64,000 nt of DNA from Candidatus Micrarchaeia archaeon (GTDB taxonomy: Archaea; Micrarchaeota; Micrarchaeia; CABMEP01), in the NCBI GenBank assembly GCA_038886535.1, contig JAVZXS010000003.1:32001-96000 (forward strand), in the 5' to 3' direction. Each line of letters opens with the position of its first letter. The first letter of the stretch is position 1. A model generated the notes under the pieces. That model was not told the origin of the DNA. It made no database searches and saw only the letters and a program-made list of their open reading frames with translations. The position numbers and the translations under genes are program-made. Shown piece after piece: positions 50,643-60,751 of this stretch.

Positions 50643-51670
50643 ATGAAACAAAAATTATTCATTATGTCATTTTCATGCTATTTCTATTTTTGATCCAATT
50701 GTCTTTTGCAAAAGACTACTCTTACTTCTGAAATAGAAAAGAATATCTCTCCAGCAGAGATCGCGATTCTTTTATCCCCGATCTCATGAAGCTCAAGTGA
50801 TGCAGACATTCTTTCGCGCATAATTTCTGTAGAGACTATGGAATCAGTTAGATTGGGTTATCTAGAGGTAGAAGAGAAGGAAGTCGAAGGATTACTAGGA
50901 AAAACAAAAAAGATTGAATTTACTCCAGTCCAAGATAAAAGTACTTCAAATCTAACAGATATACAAATGGCAATCCTTGATTTTATCAAATCTAATTTAG
51001 AGAATGGAAGGTTCCCCCTTGATAGACGTCAACTGTTTAATATTGGATATGCTTTTGATAGCTATCGTTTTTCATTTATTGCACTCGTTAATAATTTAAC
51101 TGCCAGTGTATCAATTTATTAAAATCAAAGGATTATATCGATATGTCAGGCCAGAACTTAATGAACTTAATTTTTAGTATTTGGTTCGTTATAGCTATGT
51201 TAAGCCCAATGCTTTTATCTAAAGAATTAGTTACCAACTTTGCATTATTTTTTGGTTTATTTGCAGCTATATTTTTATCTTCTATTTTAGTCGTTTTCCT
51301 TAATATGAAACCAGATATCTTAGGGAGATGGTCAAGAGAAGGAAGAATCAAACATGAGAAGGTCTTAAGATATAAGAAATTTATGGAAGATTTGACTCTA
51401 ATGAAAGAGAAGGGGATAAAGGATGTAATATTGTGGGAGAGGCTTCTAGTTCATGCAACCGCATTGGGAGTTGCAGATAAAGTGATTAATGCAATGGATG
51501 CGATTATGCCAAACTATAAATCAAATCCAAGACTCAGGATGTCTGCAGCTGTTGCTATCTCTCTTCCATCTGTAACTAGAAATACAGTCCATCCATATAC
51601 AAGGGGACGCTCAAGAGGAGGCTTCGGAGCTGGAGGCAGAGGTGGAGGAGGCGGTGACGGAGCAATATAA
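50643..51670 (+). pseudogene. fragmented DUF2207 (YciQ-like) membrane protein gene
   Basis: Collinear fragments in different frames: ..QLSFAKDYS, SPAEIAIL, LGYLEVEE, LWERLLVHATALGVADKV, Gly-rich tail GGFGAGGRGGGGGDGAI; stops and deletions between. Confidence 0.75.
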
Positions 51671-51702
51671 TTTTTTTAATCTTAAGGAAGTATTAGATAA
51701 CT

Positions 51703-51933
51703 ATGCAAGAATTCAACTCAAAATTTTCTTTCAAAAATAGAACAATAAATAGTTTGGAAAATCTTGAGTTGGCTGCAAAAAAGCTGAAAAATAAAGTAAA
51801 AACATCAACCTTAGATGATGGTTGGTTCAAGAAAATAAATTCACATGAGTACGAATCAATATCTCGGTCAATAGAATTGTGGATAGATATAATAGAACAC
51901 GCTGAGAGAAAGAGAAAAATGGAAAAGAAATGA
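51703..51933 (+). CDS. small hypothetical protein
   Basis: 76-aa ATG ORF, convergent with the next ORF. Confidence 0.45.
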   Translation: MQEFNSKFSFKNRTINSLENLELAAKKLKNKVKTSTLDDGWFKKINSHEYESISRSIELWIDIIEHAERKRKMEKK

Positions 51934-51949
51934 ATTGCAGCCAAGAAAA

Positions 51950-52192
51950 TCAAAACAATAATCCACCAGCATGTGGATCTTCATCGTCAATTTCCTCAAC
52001 AATTTTTTTTACTATCTCAATTAATTCTTTTCTTTTTTCAATATCGCTGATTTTCTTTATTACTATATTTGTTTCTACTGGATTTGCATATTCGGTTTTG
52101 TTGTTTATAATTTCTTCTTCTTTAACACTACCTAATTTAGACATTCTATCTTTTTTTGTACTTTTTTGCTTTGACATTTTTATTTTTTTCAT
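51950..52192 (-). CDS. small hypothetical protein
   Basis: 80-aa ORF preceded by GGAGTGA RBS. Confidence 0.5.
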   Translation of the reverse strand: MKKIKMSKQKSTKKDRMSKLGSVKEEEIINNKTEYANPVETNIVIKKISDIEKRKELIEIVKKIVEEIDDEDPHAGGLLF

Positions 52193-52324
52193 ATTTTCAC
52201 TCCGAATTAAATAGGATTTATACTATTCATATAATAGTTAGATACTTTTTAGGATTAGATCTGCCTTATTATTACACAAAATAAGATTAAAAACCTTCTC
52301 TATTCTGTATAATATTGTGAGAAG

Positions 52325-53575
52325 ATGCCTAAAAATAATAAAACAGCACTCATAATAAATTATACAAACCAGAATAGAAACAGTTTTAATTCTCTTTTGG
52401 GCGCTTTAGAAGCTAATCAAGATATAAATATAGATATTTATTTTGTATCAAAAGAAAGTGAAATAGTCACTTTATTAAAAAATAAATATGACTCATATGA
52501 CAAAATAGTAGTCGCGTTTTCATTTTTTACTATAAATCTGAATAAAGTTGCTAAGTTAATGTCTTCTTTAATAGAGATAAAGAGAGCCATGAATAATCCA
52601 AGTAAATTAATTTTTATTGCAGGTGGTCCACATCCTTCTGGAGACCCTAGAGGTACTATAGAGTTAGGATTTGATTTTGTCTTTATAGGTGAATCTGAAG
52701 AGTCATTTCCAGAATTTTTAAGGAGAGTTATAAATAATGGCGATTATTTTAAAGTCAAAGGATTATTTTACAAAGAAGGAGATGAATATATATTTACAGG
52801 TAGACCAAATAAAATAAATCTAGACAATTTTCCTCCATTTTCATTAAAATATTCAAAATTTGGTCCAATAGAAATAACCAGAGGTTGTCCTTTCTGTTGC
52901 TATTATTGTCAAACACCTCAGCTTTTTGGAGTTAATGTAAGACATAGATCTGAAGATTCAATCTTAGAATGGGTAAAAATAATGCGAAGAAATAAATTAC
53001 GTGATATAAGATATATTTCACCAGATTCTTTTGCATATGGTTCAGATGATGGGAAAAAATTAAATATCAATGCTTTGGAATCTCTTTTTTCAAAGATATT
53101 CGAAGTAATAAAACCTTACGGTAGACAATTTATTGGTTCTTTTCCTTCTGAAGTAAGACCAGAACATGTTACAGAAGAGACAGTTGATATTGTTTTAAAA
53201 TATGGTTCAAATAGAAACATTATTTTTGGAGCACAGACAGGAAGCGACAGACTTCTGAAGGAGCTCAATAGAGGACATACAGTTGAAGATGTTTATATGG
53301 CAGTAGATGTCTGTTTAAAGAAAAATTTGATTCCTCATATAGATTTTATTTTTGGTCTTCCCGGAGAAAATGAGGAAGATGTAATTTCTACAATTGAAAT
53401 GATTAAAGATCTTACATCTAAAGGTGCGATTATTCATGCACACAGATTTTTTCCTTTGCCACAGACGGTGTTTTCAAAAGAAAGTCGTGGAGTAGTAAAC
53501 GAAAAAATAATTAAATTGGCGGGCGAACTTAGTCGAAAAGGATTACTTTATGGAAATATTAATGATTACCAATAA
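52325..53575 (+). CDS. B12-binding domain radical SAM protein (TIGR04013-like)
   Basis: IAGGPHPSG, GESE, EITRGCPFCCYYCQTP, GSFPSEVRPE, GAQTGS. Confidence 0.88.
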   Translation: MPKNNKTALIINYTNQNRNSFNSLLGALEANQDINIDIYFVSKESEIVTLLKNKYDSYDKIVVAFSFFTINLNKVAKLMSSLIEIKRAMNNPSKLIFIAGGPHPSGDPRGTIELGFDFVFIGESEESFPEFLRRVINNGDYFKVKGLFYKEGDEYIFTGRPNKINLDNFPPFSLKYSKFGPIEITRGCPFCCYYCQTPQLFGVNVRHRSEDSILEWVKIMRRNKLRDIRYISPDSFAYGSDDGKKLNINALESLFSKIFEVIKPYGRQFIGSFPSEVRPEHVTEETVDIVLKYGSNRNIIFGAQTGSDRLLKELNRGHTVEDVYMAVDVCLKKNLIPHIDFIFGLPGENEEDVISTIEMIKDLTSKGAIIHAHRFFPLPQTVFSKESRGVVNEKIIKLAGELSRKGLLYGNINDYQ

Positions 53576-53655
53576 CTCTCTATTTTTTAGAAAAACTTGA
53601 ACTGTGGCGTTTTAAGGTTTATAAATTAAACAGTAAATCTTCTTTAGGTGATAAA

Positions 53656-54813
53656 ATGGCTGTTGAATTTTTGGATTCAGATCAAGATGGATCAGAAGCA
53701 GTTAAAACATCACGACTTTATTCAAAACCAAGATGGGACAAGAGTTGGGCTCCTTTTAGAAACAGAAGCTGGGATGAATTCTCTAGATTAAAAATAGAGG
53801 ATAAATTACCATTGTTTTCTAAGAATGGAAGAGTGTATGATGTTTTATTTGCACAGCAATTTGATAGAGAATCTTTAGATTATCTCTGTTCTCTTGCAGA
53901 CAAGTTAAGAGAGATTACAAAATCAAGAGAAGGAGATAGATTTGTTTCAGACCTTTTATTTGATAAGCGCGCTATACTAGTTTTCAATCAGCCTTCAAGT
54001 AGAACATTCTTATCTTTTCAAAATGCATGTCATATTTTAGGTATGAAGACTTCAGAAATAAGAGATGTTTCGACCTCTTCATTTGCTAAAGGTGAATCTC
54101 CATTAGATTCTATAAGAACCTTTGCAAGCTATGTGCATTTGATGATAATGAGGATGAAAGAAGACGGATTTGTAGAAAAGGCAGCATGGCATTTGAATGC
54201 AGAGACAAACAGACCTATTCCAATAATTAATGCTGGATCAGGTACAGATCAACATCCAACACAAGCTCTTCTTGATATATATACAATGACAAGACTTCTT
54301 GAAGGTGGAATAGATGGAAAAAATATAGTTATGGTAGGGGATCTAAAAAGAGGAAGAACAGTTCGGTCGCTTTCATACCTAATGAAGAATTACAAAAATG
54401 TACATATAACTTATGTCTCTCCAGAAGAATTTAGAATGGGCCTTGATATACTCGAATTCTTAAGAAAACACAATATTCCTTACACTGAAACATACGACTT
54501 TAATTCTGCGATAAAAGATGCAGATGTAATTTATATGACACGAATACAGGATGAATATGATAAAAATAACGAGTCAAAGAAAGTAGATTATACAAAATAT
54601 TATTTCAAGCAAGAGCATCTAAATTCGATCAAACCTTCTTGTATTATCATGCATCCACTTCCAAGAAGAGATGAGATAGATCCAAAGGTAGATAGAGATG
54701 AAAGAGCTGTTTATTGGAGGCAAGAAAGAAATGGAATGTGGATAAGGGCAGCATTAATCGCATATATATTTCAAGTCGATTCTTTAATAATGGAATTTAA
54801 ATTAAAGCAATAA
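53656..54813 (+). CDS. pyrB: aspartate carbamoyltransferase catalytic subunit
   Basis: QPSSRTFLSF, KGES, INAGSG..QHPTQALLD, GDLKRGRTVRSL, TRIQDE, MHPLPR. Confidence 0.9.
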   Translation: MAVEFLDSDQDGSEAVKTSRLYSKPRWDKSWAPFRNRSWDEFSRLKIEDKLPLFSKNGRVYDVLFAQQFDRESLDYLCSLADKLREITKSREGDRFVSDLLFDKRAILVFNQPSSRTFLSFQNACHILGMKTSEIRDVSTSSFAKGESPLDSIRTFASYVHLMIMRMKEDGFVEKAAWHLNAETNRPIPIINAGSGTDQHPTQALLDIYTMTRLLEGGIDGKNIVMVGDLKRGRTVRSLSYLMKNYKNVHITYVSPEEFRMGLDILEFLRKHNIPYTETYDFNSAIKDADVIYMTRIQDEYDKNNESKKVDYTKYYFKQEHLNSIKPSCIIMHPLPRRDEIDPKVDRDERAVYWRQERNGMWIRAALIAYIFQVDSLIMEFKLKQ

Positions 54814-54877
54814 TTTTTTTTGAATTTTTTACTTTTTTCGAATATAAATTTATATTTTTTTCGAATATAATTATATT

Positions 54878-55399
54878 ATGATGCCAAGAATGCCACATGT
54901 TACATGGGAATTTATCCTCGAAAATAATGAAGATGTTAAAAAATTATCAGACAGAGACTTTATAGAAAAATTTGTAATTGAATTTTGCAAAGAGTTTGAG
55001 CTGACAGTATTAGAACCTAGGTTAAATTATCAATTCAAAGGAGAAAAACCTGAAGAAAATGGAATAACAGCATTTTATATACTTTCAGAAAGTGGCATTC
55101 ATATTCAGACTTGGCCAGAATATAAATATGGTTTTATAGACGTATTTTCATGTAAACATTTTGATGAAAAACTTGCAACAAAATTCATAAGAAAAGTATT
55201 TGGCAAAGGAAATTATCACTATGATATAGTTTGGAGAGGAACGATCTTTAACAGTATGAAAGAGAAAGATATAATACTTGACAATCAAAATCTTGTTAAA
55301 CAACTTAGCCAGAAAGAATTATTAGATAAGAGTAAAGATTCAAACTCAATCGTTAGGGAAAAAAGAATAAGAATAGACAGGTATAAGTTAAAAGAATAG
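54878..55399 (+). CDS. pyruvoyl-dependent S-adenosylmethionine/arginine decarboxylase family proenzyme (divergent)
   Basis: GITAFYILSESGIHIQTWPEYKYGFIDVFSC resembles the SpeH core. Confidence 0.8.
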   Translation: MMPRMPHVTWEFILENNEDVKKLSDRDFIEKFVIEFCKEFELTVLEPRLNYQFKGEKPEENGITAFYILSESGIHIQTWPEYKYGFIDVFSCKHFDEKLATKFIRKVFGKGNYHYDIVWRGTIFNSMKEKDIILDNQNLVKQLSQKELLDKSKDSNSIVREKRIRIDRYKLKE

Positions 55400-55450
55400 A
55401 GTGTCAATTTATTCAATTAATTGTAATCAATGTACTCATTAGATGGTAAA

Positions 55451-55564
55451 ATGGAAACTAGAAAATGTCCTTTATGTAGAGGAGAGATGCGACAGGTGAA
55501 TGAAAATCCACCTCCAAAGATTTGGGTTTGTGGCAAGTGCGGCTACAGAGTCAGTGAGGAATAA
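55451..55564 (+). CDS. 37-aa zinc-ribbon microprotein (METRKCPLCRGEM...WVCGKCGYRVSEE)
   Basis: CPLC and CGKCGY pairs; ATG 55451 to TAA 55564; absent from the ORF track. Confidence 0.7.
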   Translation: METRKCPLCRGEMRQVNENPPPKIWVCGKCGYRVSEE

Positions 55565-55610
55565 ATCTTCTAAAAGAAAAGTATTTAATATATAAAAACA
55601 GTATTAAATT

Positions 55611-57068
55611 ATGGAACCTTTCGTAGCAGAATATATAGGTTGGTTGGAAAGAGAAAATAAATGGCTTTTCAACAGATTAATTGAATATTCTACTAGTATG
55701 AAGGGAAGACTTAAGGTTTCTTTTCTTTTTAATGCTTATCAACCTAGATGTAATAGACTTTTCAAAACTGAAAAACCATTACTTCCAGATAACGAAAATC
55801 CATTTTTTCATTCTCTTTATGAGAATATTAAGGCTCACAGAATCGAAAGAAAAGTAAAAGACAATCTTATTGCGATTGCACTAACTGATTGTTATGTTCC
55901 TTTATTAACGATTGCAGAACAATTTCCAAATTCTATCACTATTGCATTTCCTCAAATCACTCTTGATGAAATCAAAAACAGATATCCTATTTTTATAGAT
56001 AAACTCTCGCAATATTATTTAAATGGAAAAGTAGATATTGGAATATCTTCATACCACCATTCTTTTGCACCTTTATTAGATGAAAAATTACTTTATCAAG
56101 AATATAATGCATCTATTTCCGCATTTCTCTCTTATATTAGATTAAAGAAAAAATATATTTCTCTTCACATACCAGAATGTGCAGTTTCTCCATCATTGAT
56201 AAATACACTTGCAAAAATACAATCAGAGAATTTTATAGATTTTGTAACGGTTCTAGATTCAGATTATCATAATCAGAATGGTTTCTATGACATTGGAAAA
56301 TTGAATAAAATTAACTATTTTACAAATGGAAGAATGTCAAGTATTAATGTATTGTTTAGCAATAATTACTTTTCACGCAAGCTATTTTCATTTCCACCTA
56401 ATTCAGATCCTAAAGAAGTAGGATTTTGGTATTTCACAAGACTTTTCGAAAGTGTTGCTAAACCACAACCTTATCCTTATTGGGATAAGATGAAATCTGG
56501 AGAAGAAATAAGATTTACCATTCATACAGATGCAGAAACAATAGGCTTTTATGTGCAGGAAAGAATTTATTCTCTTTATCTAATGATTCACTTAATGAAA
56601 AATTTTGATATAAGCTTTAACTACATTTCAGATTTTAGTGAAAGTGATATAGTGATCAAAGATAAGATCGAACCTCTCCTTTATAAGACATGGGATATGG
56701 AAACATGTGGAACTACTAATAGATGGATAAAAAGAGAATATGATAGTTCTTCCCAGTTTTTCCTTACTGCGAAAGAGATATTTCCTTATCTTTTAGATAA
56801 ACTTTCACAAAAAGAACAGGAGATGGACAGAAAAGAGAGAAAAAGGCTTTGGATTGCAAAAATGAGATGGGCAAATGCATTGACATCCTGTCCACACTGG
56901 TGGAGTGAGCCAAACAGCATTGCAGGAAGACAATTTGCAAGAGATGTAATAGAAACAGGAAAGCAAATACGCAAATTAGAGAGACATCTTCCTGCTGATT
57001 ATAAAGAGATATTAAATGCAACCGAAAGAATTAGTGAACATCCATTCATAAAGAAAGCATTGCTATAG
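55611..57068 (+). CDS. glycoside hydrolase family 57-like protein
   Basis: NAYQP, CYVPLL, SYHHSFAPLL, HIPECA, TDAETIG, TSCPHWW resemble GH57 conserved regions. Confidence 0.7.
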   Translation: MEPFVAEYIGWLERENKWLFNRLIEYSTSMKGRLKVSFLFNAYQPRCNRLFKTEKPLLPDNENPFFHSLYENIKAHRIERKVKDNLIAIALTDCYVPLLTIAEQFPNSITIAFPQITLDEIKNRYPIFIDKLSQYYLNGKVDIGISSYHHSFAPLLDEKLLYQEYNASISAFLSYIRLKKKYISLHIPECAVSPSLINTLAKIQSENFIDFVTVLDSDYHNQNGFYDIGKLNKINYFTNGRMSSINVLFSNNYFSRKLFSFPPNSDPKEVGFWYFTRLFESVAKPQPYPYWDKMKSGEEIRFTIHTDAETIGFYVQERIYSLYLMIHLMKNFDISFNYISDFSESDIVIKDKIEPLLYKTWDMETCGTTNRWIKREYDSSSQFFLTAKEIFPYLLDKLSQKEQEMDRKERKRLWIAKMRWANALTSCPHWWSEPNSIAGRQFARDVIETGKQIRKLERHLPADYKEILNATERISEHPFIKKALL

Positions 57069-57099
57069 ATGATTGAATTAATATGTTCATGCCACTTAA

Positions 57100-57600
57100 A
57101 ATACAGTTGTTATTGCTTCCATCGCCTTTCTTAAAAGTAGATCTTTTTTTACGTTCATATTTTTCATACTTTTGCCGCGTTTTATAGTGACTATTACTCT
57201 TTCAAGTGTTCTGACAACAATATGCGCTCCTTTCTTAAGCATGTCTGACTGAACGTTTATAGAAGTCCAACTGTAGATTGGCTATTGAAAAATTTCTATA
57301 GTGCTTTGCAAATTTCTTTATTTCATTTGTAACCTGCAGCGCCAGCTTTCTGGTTGGGGCAAGTATGATAGATTAGACAGATCTGTCCTGAAGAGTTGTC
57401 TTTTCTATTATATGTATTCCAAATTCAACACTCTTTCCGCTTACTGTCTGTATCTGCGCAACTAAATTAAAGTAGTACAAGAAGCGGAATTACATCCATT
57501 TGTATCAGCTAGGGTCCCTTCAACACTATTTCTTCTATAGTATCTATAGTTTCTTTTTTCAATCCTATTTTTGCAAACTCACTTTCAGTTTTATCTTCTA
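57100..57600 (-). pseudogene. decayed DEAD-box RNA helicase (DeaD/CshA-like) N-terminal remnant
   Basis: Minus-strand fragments GLKKETIDTIEE..P*LIQMDVIPLL (Q motif), AQIQTVSGKSVEFGI (motif I), IILAPTRKLALQV (Ia), LKKGAHIVVRT..RVI (Ib), broken by stops and frameshifts. Confidence 0.8.
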
Positions 57601-57720
57601 AACCACTTTTATTATTAAATGTACATTTATAATTTAGTAGAACTGAATCCCAGTTAAATGTCAATTTGAATGAAATATAAATCTTTTTAAATATTCAAAT
57701 CAAATGAATAACGTGATAGC

Positions 57721-60700
57721 ATGCTTATTCTAAGGCATAACTTTTGTAAAATTTTCGCACTATTACTATTTTTATTCTCTTTTGTTAGTTTAGTATCTTC
57801 TGCATCAGATATATTCATATCTGGAGATTTCAATCATCCGGCTGCATGCAGAGATGTAGACATCAAATATACGATGTCTCTTTATGAGGAGAATTCAAAA
57901 GTGACAGGAACTTTCAATGCTTACGGCTACCGTTGTAGAGTAGATTCATTTTATAATTTATTTGATTGTGTTTGGTCTGGAAGCGGGACAAAATGCGATG
58001 TAAAATGTAGAGAAGTAACTCAAGAGGATTTACTCTCTTTGCTAACTACAAGAATAGAATATGTATCTGGTTCTTTAACTGGAAAGATAGAAAATAATCA
58101 GCTGATAGGTTCAATAACTATCAGTGGTCTTGGAAAAATGAATATAGAGGGAGACATAGTGCAAGACAGTGCATCTGGAAAAATCAGTTTTTCTTCAACA
58201 TTCAAAAGTGATTTTACTTGCGAGCCAAATGTATATGTTGATGGAACAATGACTGGAACAGGTATTAGAAGGGAAAGAGTAATGAAAGTGAACGTTCAAG
58301 AAGAAAGCATGGTTATAGCAGGGGTTTTCAACACTCCTGATGCATGCAGAAACTTTCCGATACGTTATACTTTGACACTCAATAAAAAAGGAGATAATCT
58401 AACAGGTAATTTTTATGGAGAAGCTTGGAAATGTAGTATTTCTGATGATTTTTGTTCTAAAGTTAAATGCAGATATGTGTCTTCCAGTAAGTGTGAGCCA
58501 GATCCGATAATGGATAGTGAAAGTGTACGTGACTCAATAATTAACAAGAGCGTAGAGATAGTATCTGGTAGTGTTTCTGGAAATGTTCAAGGTAATAATC
58601 TTAATTTAGTTATACATACTCAATTTGGAGATTTGTTCGTATCAGGATCAGTGTCATCAGATCAAAATGGAAAGTTAACATTTGCAGGAAATATAGATAG
58701 CAGAATTACTTGCGAACCAGGTGTTTATATTGGAGGACCAATTACAGGTGAAGGATTAAAAAATGAAGTTGGTCTTCGAACCGCAAAACTCGGCGAAAAT
58801 TGCAGCGATTCGGTCGAATGTGAGGAAGGAGTATGCGCTAATGGAGTTTGCGTTAAGGAACCAACATGTTCAGGAAATTTAATTTCCTGTGGAGCAAGCT
58901 GTTGTCTTTCTTCTCAAACATGTGATGCAACTACAGGCTCATGCGTTCCACAATACTGTAAACCACCTCTTACACAATGTGGAATTACCTGTGTTGATAC
59001 AAGATCAAACATCCTAAATTGTGGCAGTTGTGGCACAACTTGTCCTATGGGCACTACCTGTGTTAATTCTGCTTGCGTAGATATTAATTTACTTATACTT
59101 CCAGATAGAACAAATTGTGGAGGTGTTGCATGCAGAGATGATGAGATTTGTTTGAATAATAGATGTACAAAATGTGAAGAAAATCAGACAAGATGTGAAA
59201 ATTCATGTGTTGATCTAAACACAAGCAATGTCAATTGCGGTTCATGTGGAAATGTATGCAAATCTGATGAATTTTGTTCAAATGGAGCATGTATTCCTTC
59301 ATCTTCATGTGTATTGAATTCAATTCAATATATAAGATGTGGAAATGAATGCTGTGACTTAACACAGTGGTGCGATCCAATCACTATGAAATGTACTCCT
59401 AAATTACCTTTGTATGAAAACATAACTCAGTGTGGTCCATTCTTAGCAGATCTATCCTCTGATCCAAACAATTGTGGTACATGTTTCAATTCATGCAAGT
59501 CGGGAGAATCTTGTATAAATGGCAGATGCAGTGTTTTGGAAACATGTGGGAATGGAAGATGTGGAGAAAATGAAACGTGCTCAAATTGCCCTCAAGATTG
59601 TGGTTCATGTATAGAGACTGGCTGTAGTGGAGAGTACCCAACTCTTTGTGGTGACAAATGTGTAAACACTCTTAATGATACAGCAAATTGTGGATTTTGC
59701 AACAATAAATGTCAAGCGGATCAGATATGTTTTGAGGGAAATTGTATTGGAGTTCTCAATTCAAATTGCACAAGTGATAATGATTGTGCATATGGTTCAT
59801 GCATTGATTCAACATGTCAATTAAGCAATTGTATCATAGATTCTGACTGCAGATCTAATGAATACTGCAATACAAACTTAGGTGTATGTGACGGAGGATG
59901 CATCACTTCACCAGATAATTGCTATGAAATAACAGGTTTGCCAAGCAGTTGCGATCCAGCAACAAGAGATTGTATTACATTCTCCTGTCCAGCAGGAACA
60001 GTTTTATTTAACAATACATGCCTGCAGATTACATTAGATTCCTGTAACCAAAGCCAAGAATGCAAGAGCAATATATGTTATAATGGAAACTGTTTATCTA
60101 CAGATAATCCTATACAACCAACTCAAACAGTTGTTAGTATAGGTAAGCCTGCTTTCGGAAGCTCAGCAGGAAGAAGATCCTCTCCTCAGCTTTTATCCTT
60201 GCAGGAAAATCCTGCTGCATCTGATATCTTTTATTCATTGTTCCAAACCTCAAAGACAAGGCTATTGGCTTACGATAGCTGCCTTAGAGGTTCTATATGT
60301 TCATCATCAGCTGATTGCTGCGGAGCACCATGCTTAGATTCAAGATGCGCATGCTCTAATTCAGCATGCACAACCACAGCTGATTGCTGTTCAGGATATT
60401 GTGAAAATGGAAAATGCAGCTCTGCACCTGCACAAAAACTATCCTTATTCAGCGCATTAACCAGTCCTAACCTTGGATGTGCAGGCTTGATAGAAGAATG
60501 TTCACCAGATGAAAAGACCTGCATTTCACTATGCAACGGAATGTGGCTTCTTCTTGTATTAGTTGCAGGATCATTCGGTGCATTCACCTGGACAAGATTC
60601 AAACATCCAGTTGCAGGATTGGTAGCGGCATTCACTCCAATATTGATTGGAGTTGCATTATATCCATTCCTTGGAATTGTTTCAGGAATAATCTTATTCA

Positions 60701-60741
60701 GTTTACTGATATACAAAGATACTGGAAGTATTGAGGTATAA
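57721..60741 (+). CDS. large Cys-rich cell-surface protein with Stig1-like repeats
   Basis: Signal peptide, two tandem ~160-aa N-terminal domains, 4x CVD....NCG.CG..C-type repeats, CGNGRC..ETC..CP.DCG, C-terminal TM segments. Confidence 0.8.
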   Translation: MLILRHNFCKIFALLLFLFSFVSLVSSASDIFISGDFNHPAACRDVDIKYTMSLYEENSKVTGTFNAYGYRCRVDSFYNLFDCVWSGSGTKCDVKCREVTQEDLLSLLTTRIEYVSGSLTGKIENNQLIGSITISGLGKMNIEGDIVQDSASGKISFSSTFKSDFTCEPNVYVDGTMTGTGIRRERVMKVNVQEESMVIAGVFNTPDACRNFPIRYTLTLNKKGDNLTGNFYGEAWKCSISDDFCSKVKCRYVSSSKCEPDPIMDSESVRDSIINKSVEIVSGSVSGNVQGNNLNLVIHTQFGDLFVSGSVSSDQNGKLTFAGNIDSRITCEPGVYIGGPITGEGLKNEVGLRTAKLGENCSDSVECEEGVCANGVCVKEPTCSGNLISCGASCCLSSQTCDATTGSCVPQYCKPPLTQCGITCVDTRSNILNCGSCGTTCPMGTTCVNSACVDINLLILPDRTNCGGVACRDDEICLNNRCTKCEENQTRCENSCVDLNTSNVNCGSCGNVCKSDEFCSNGACIPSSSCVLNSIQYIRCGNECCDLTQWCDPITMKCTPKLPLYENITQCGPFLADLSSDPNNCGTCFNSCKSGESCINGRCSVLETCGNGRCGENETCSNCPQDCGSCIETGCSGEYPTLCGDKCVNTLNDTANCGFCNNKCQADQICFEGNCIGVLNSNCTSDNDCAYGSCIDSTCQLSNCIIDSDCRSNEYCNTNLGVCDGGCITSPDNCYEITGLPSSCDPATRDCITFSCPAGTVLFNNTCLQITLDSCNQSQECKSNICYNGNCLSTDNPIQPTQTVVSIGKPAFGSSAGRRSSPQLLSLQENPAASDIFYSLFQTSKTRLLAYDSCLRGSICSSSADCCGAPCLDSRCACSNSACTTTADCCSGYCENGKCSSAPAQKLSLFSALTSPNLGCAGLIEECSPDEKTCISLCNGMWLLLVLVAGSFGAFTWTRFKHPVAGLVAAFTPILIGVALYPFLGIVSGIILFSLLIYKDTGSIEV

Positions 60742-60751
60742 TGGTGGTAGT

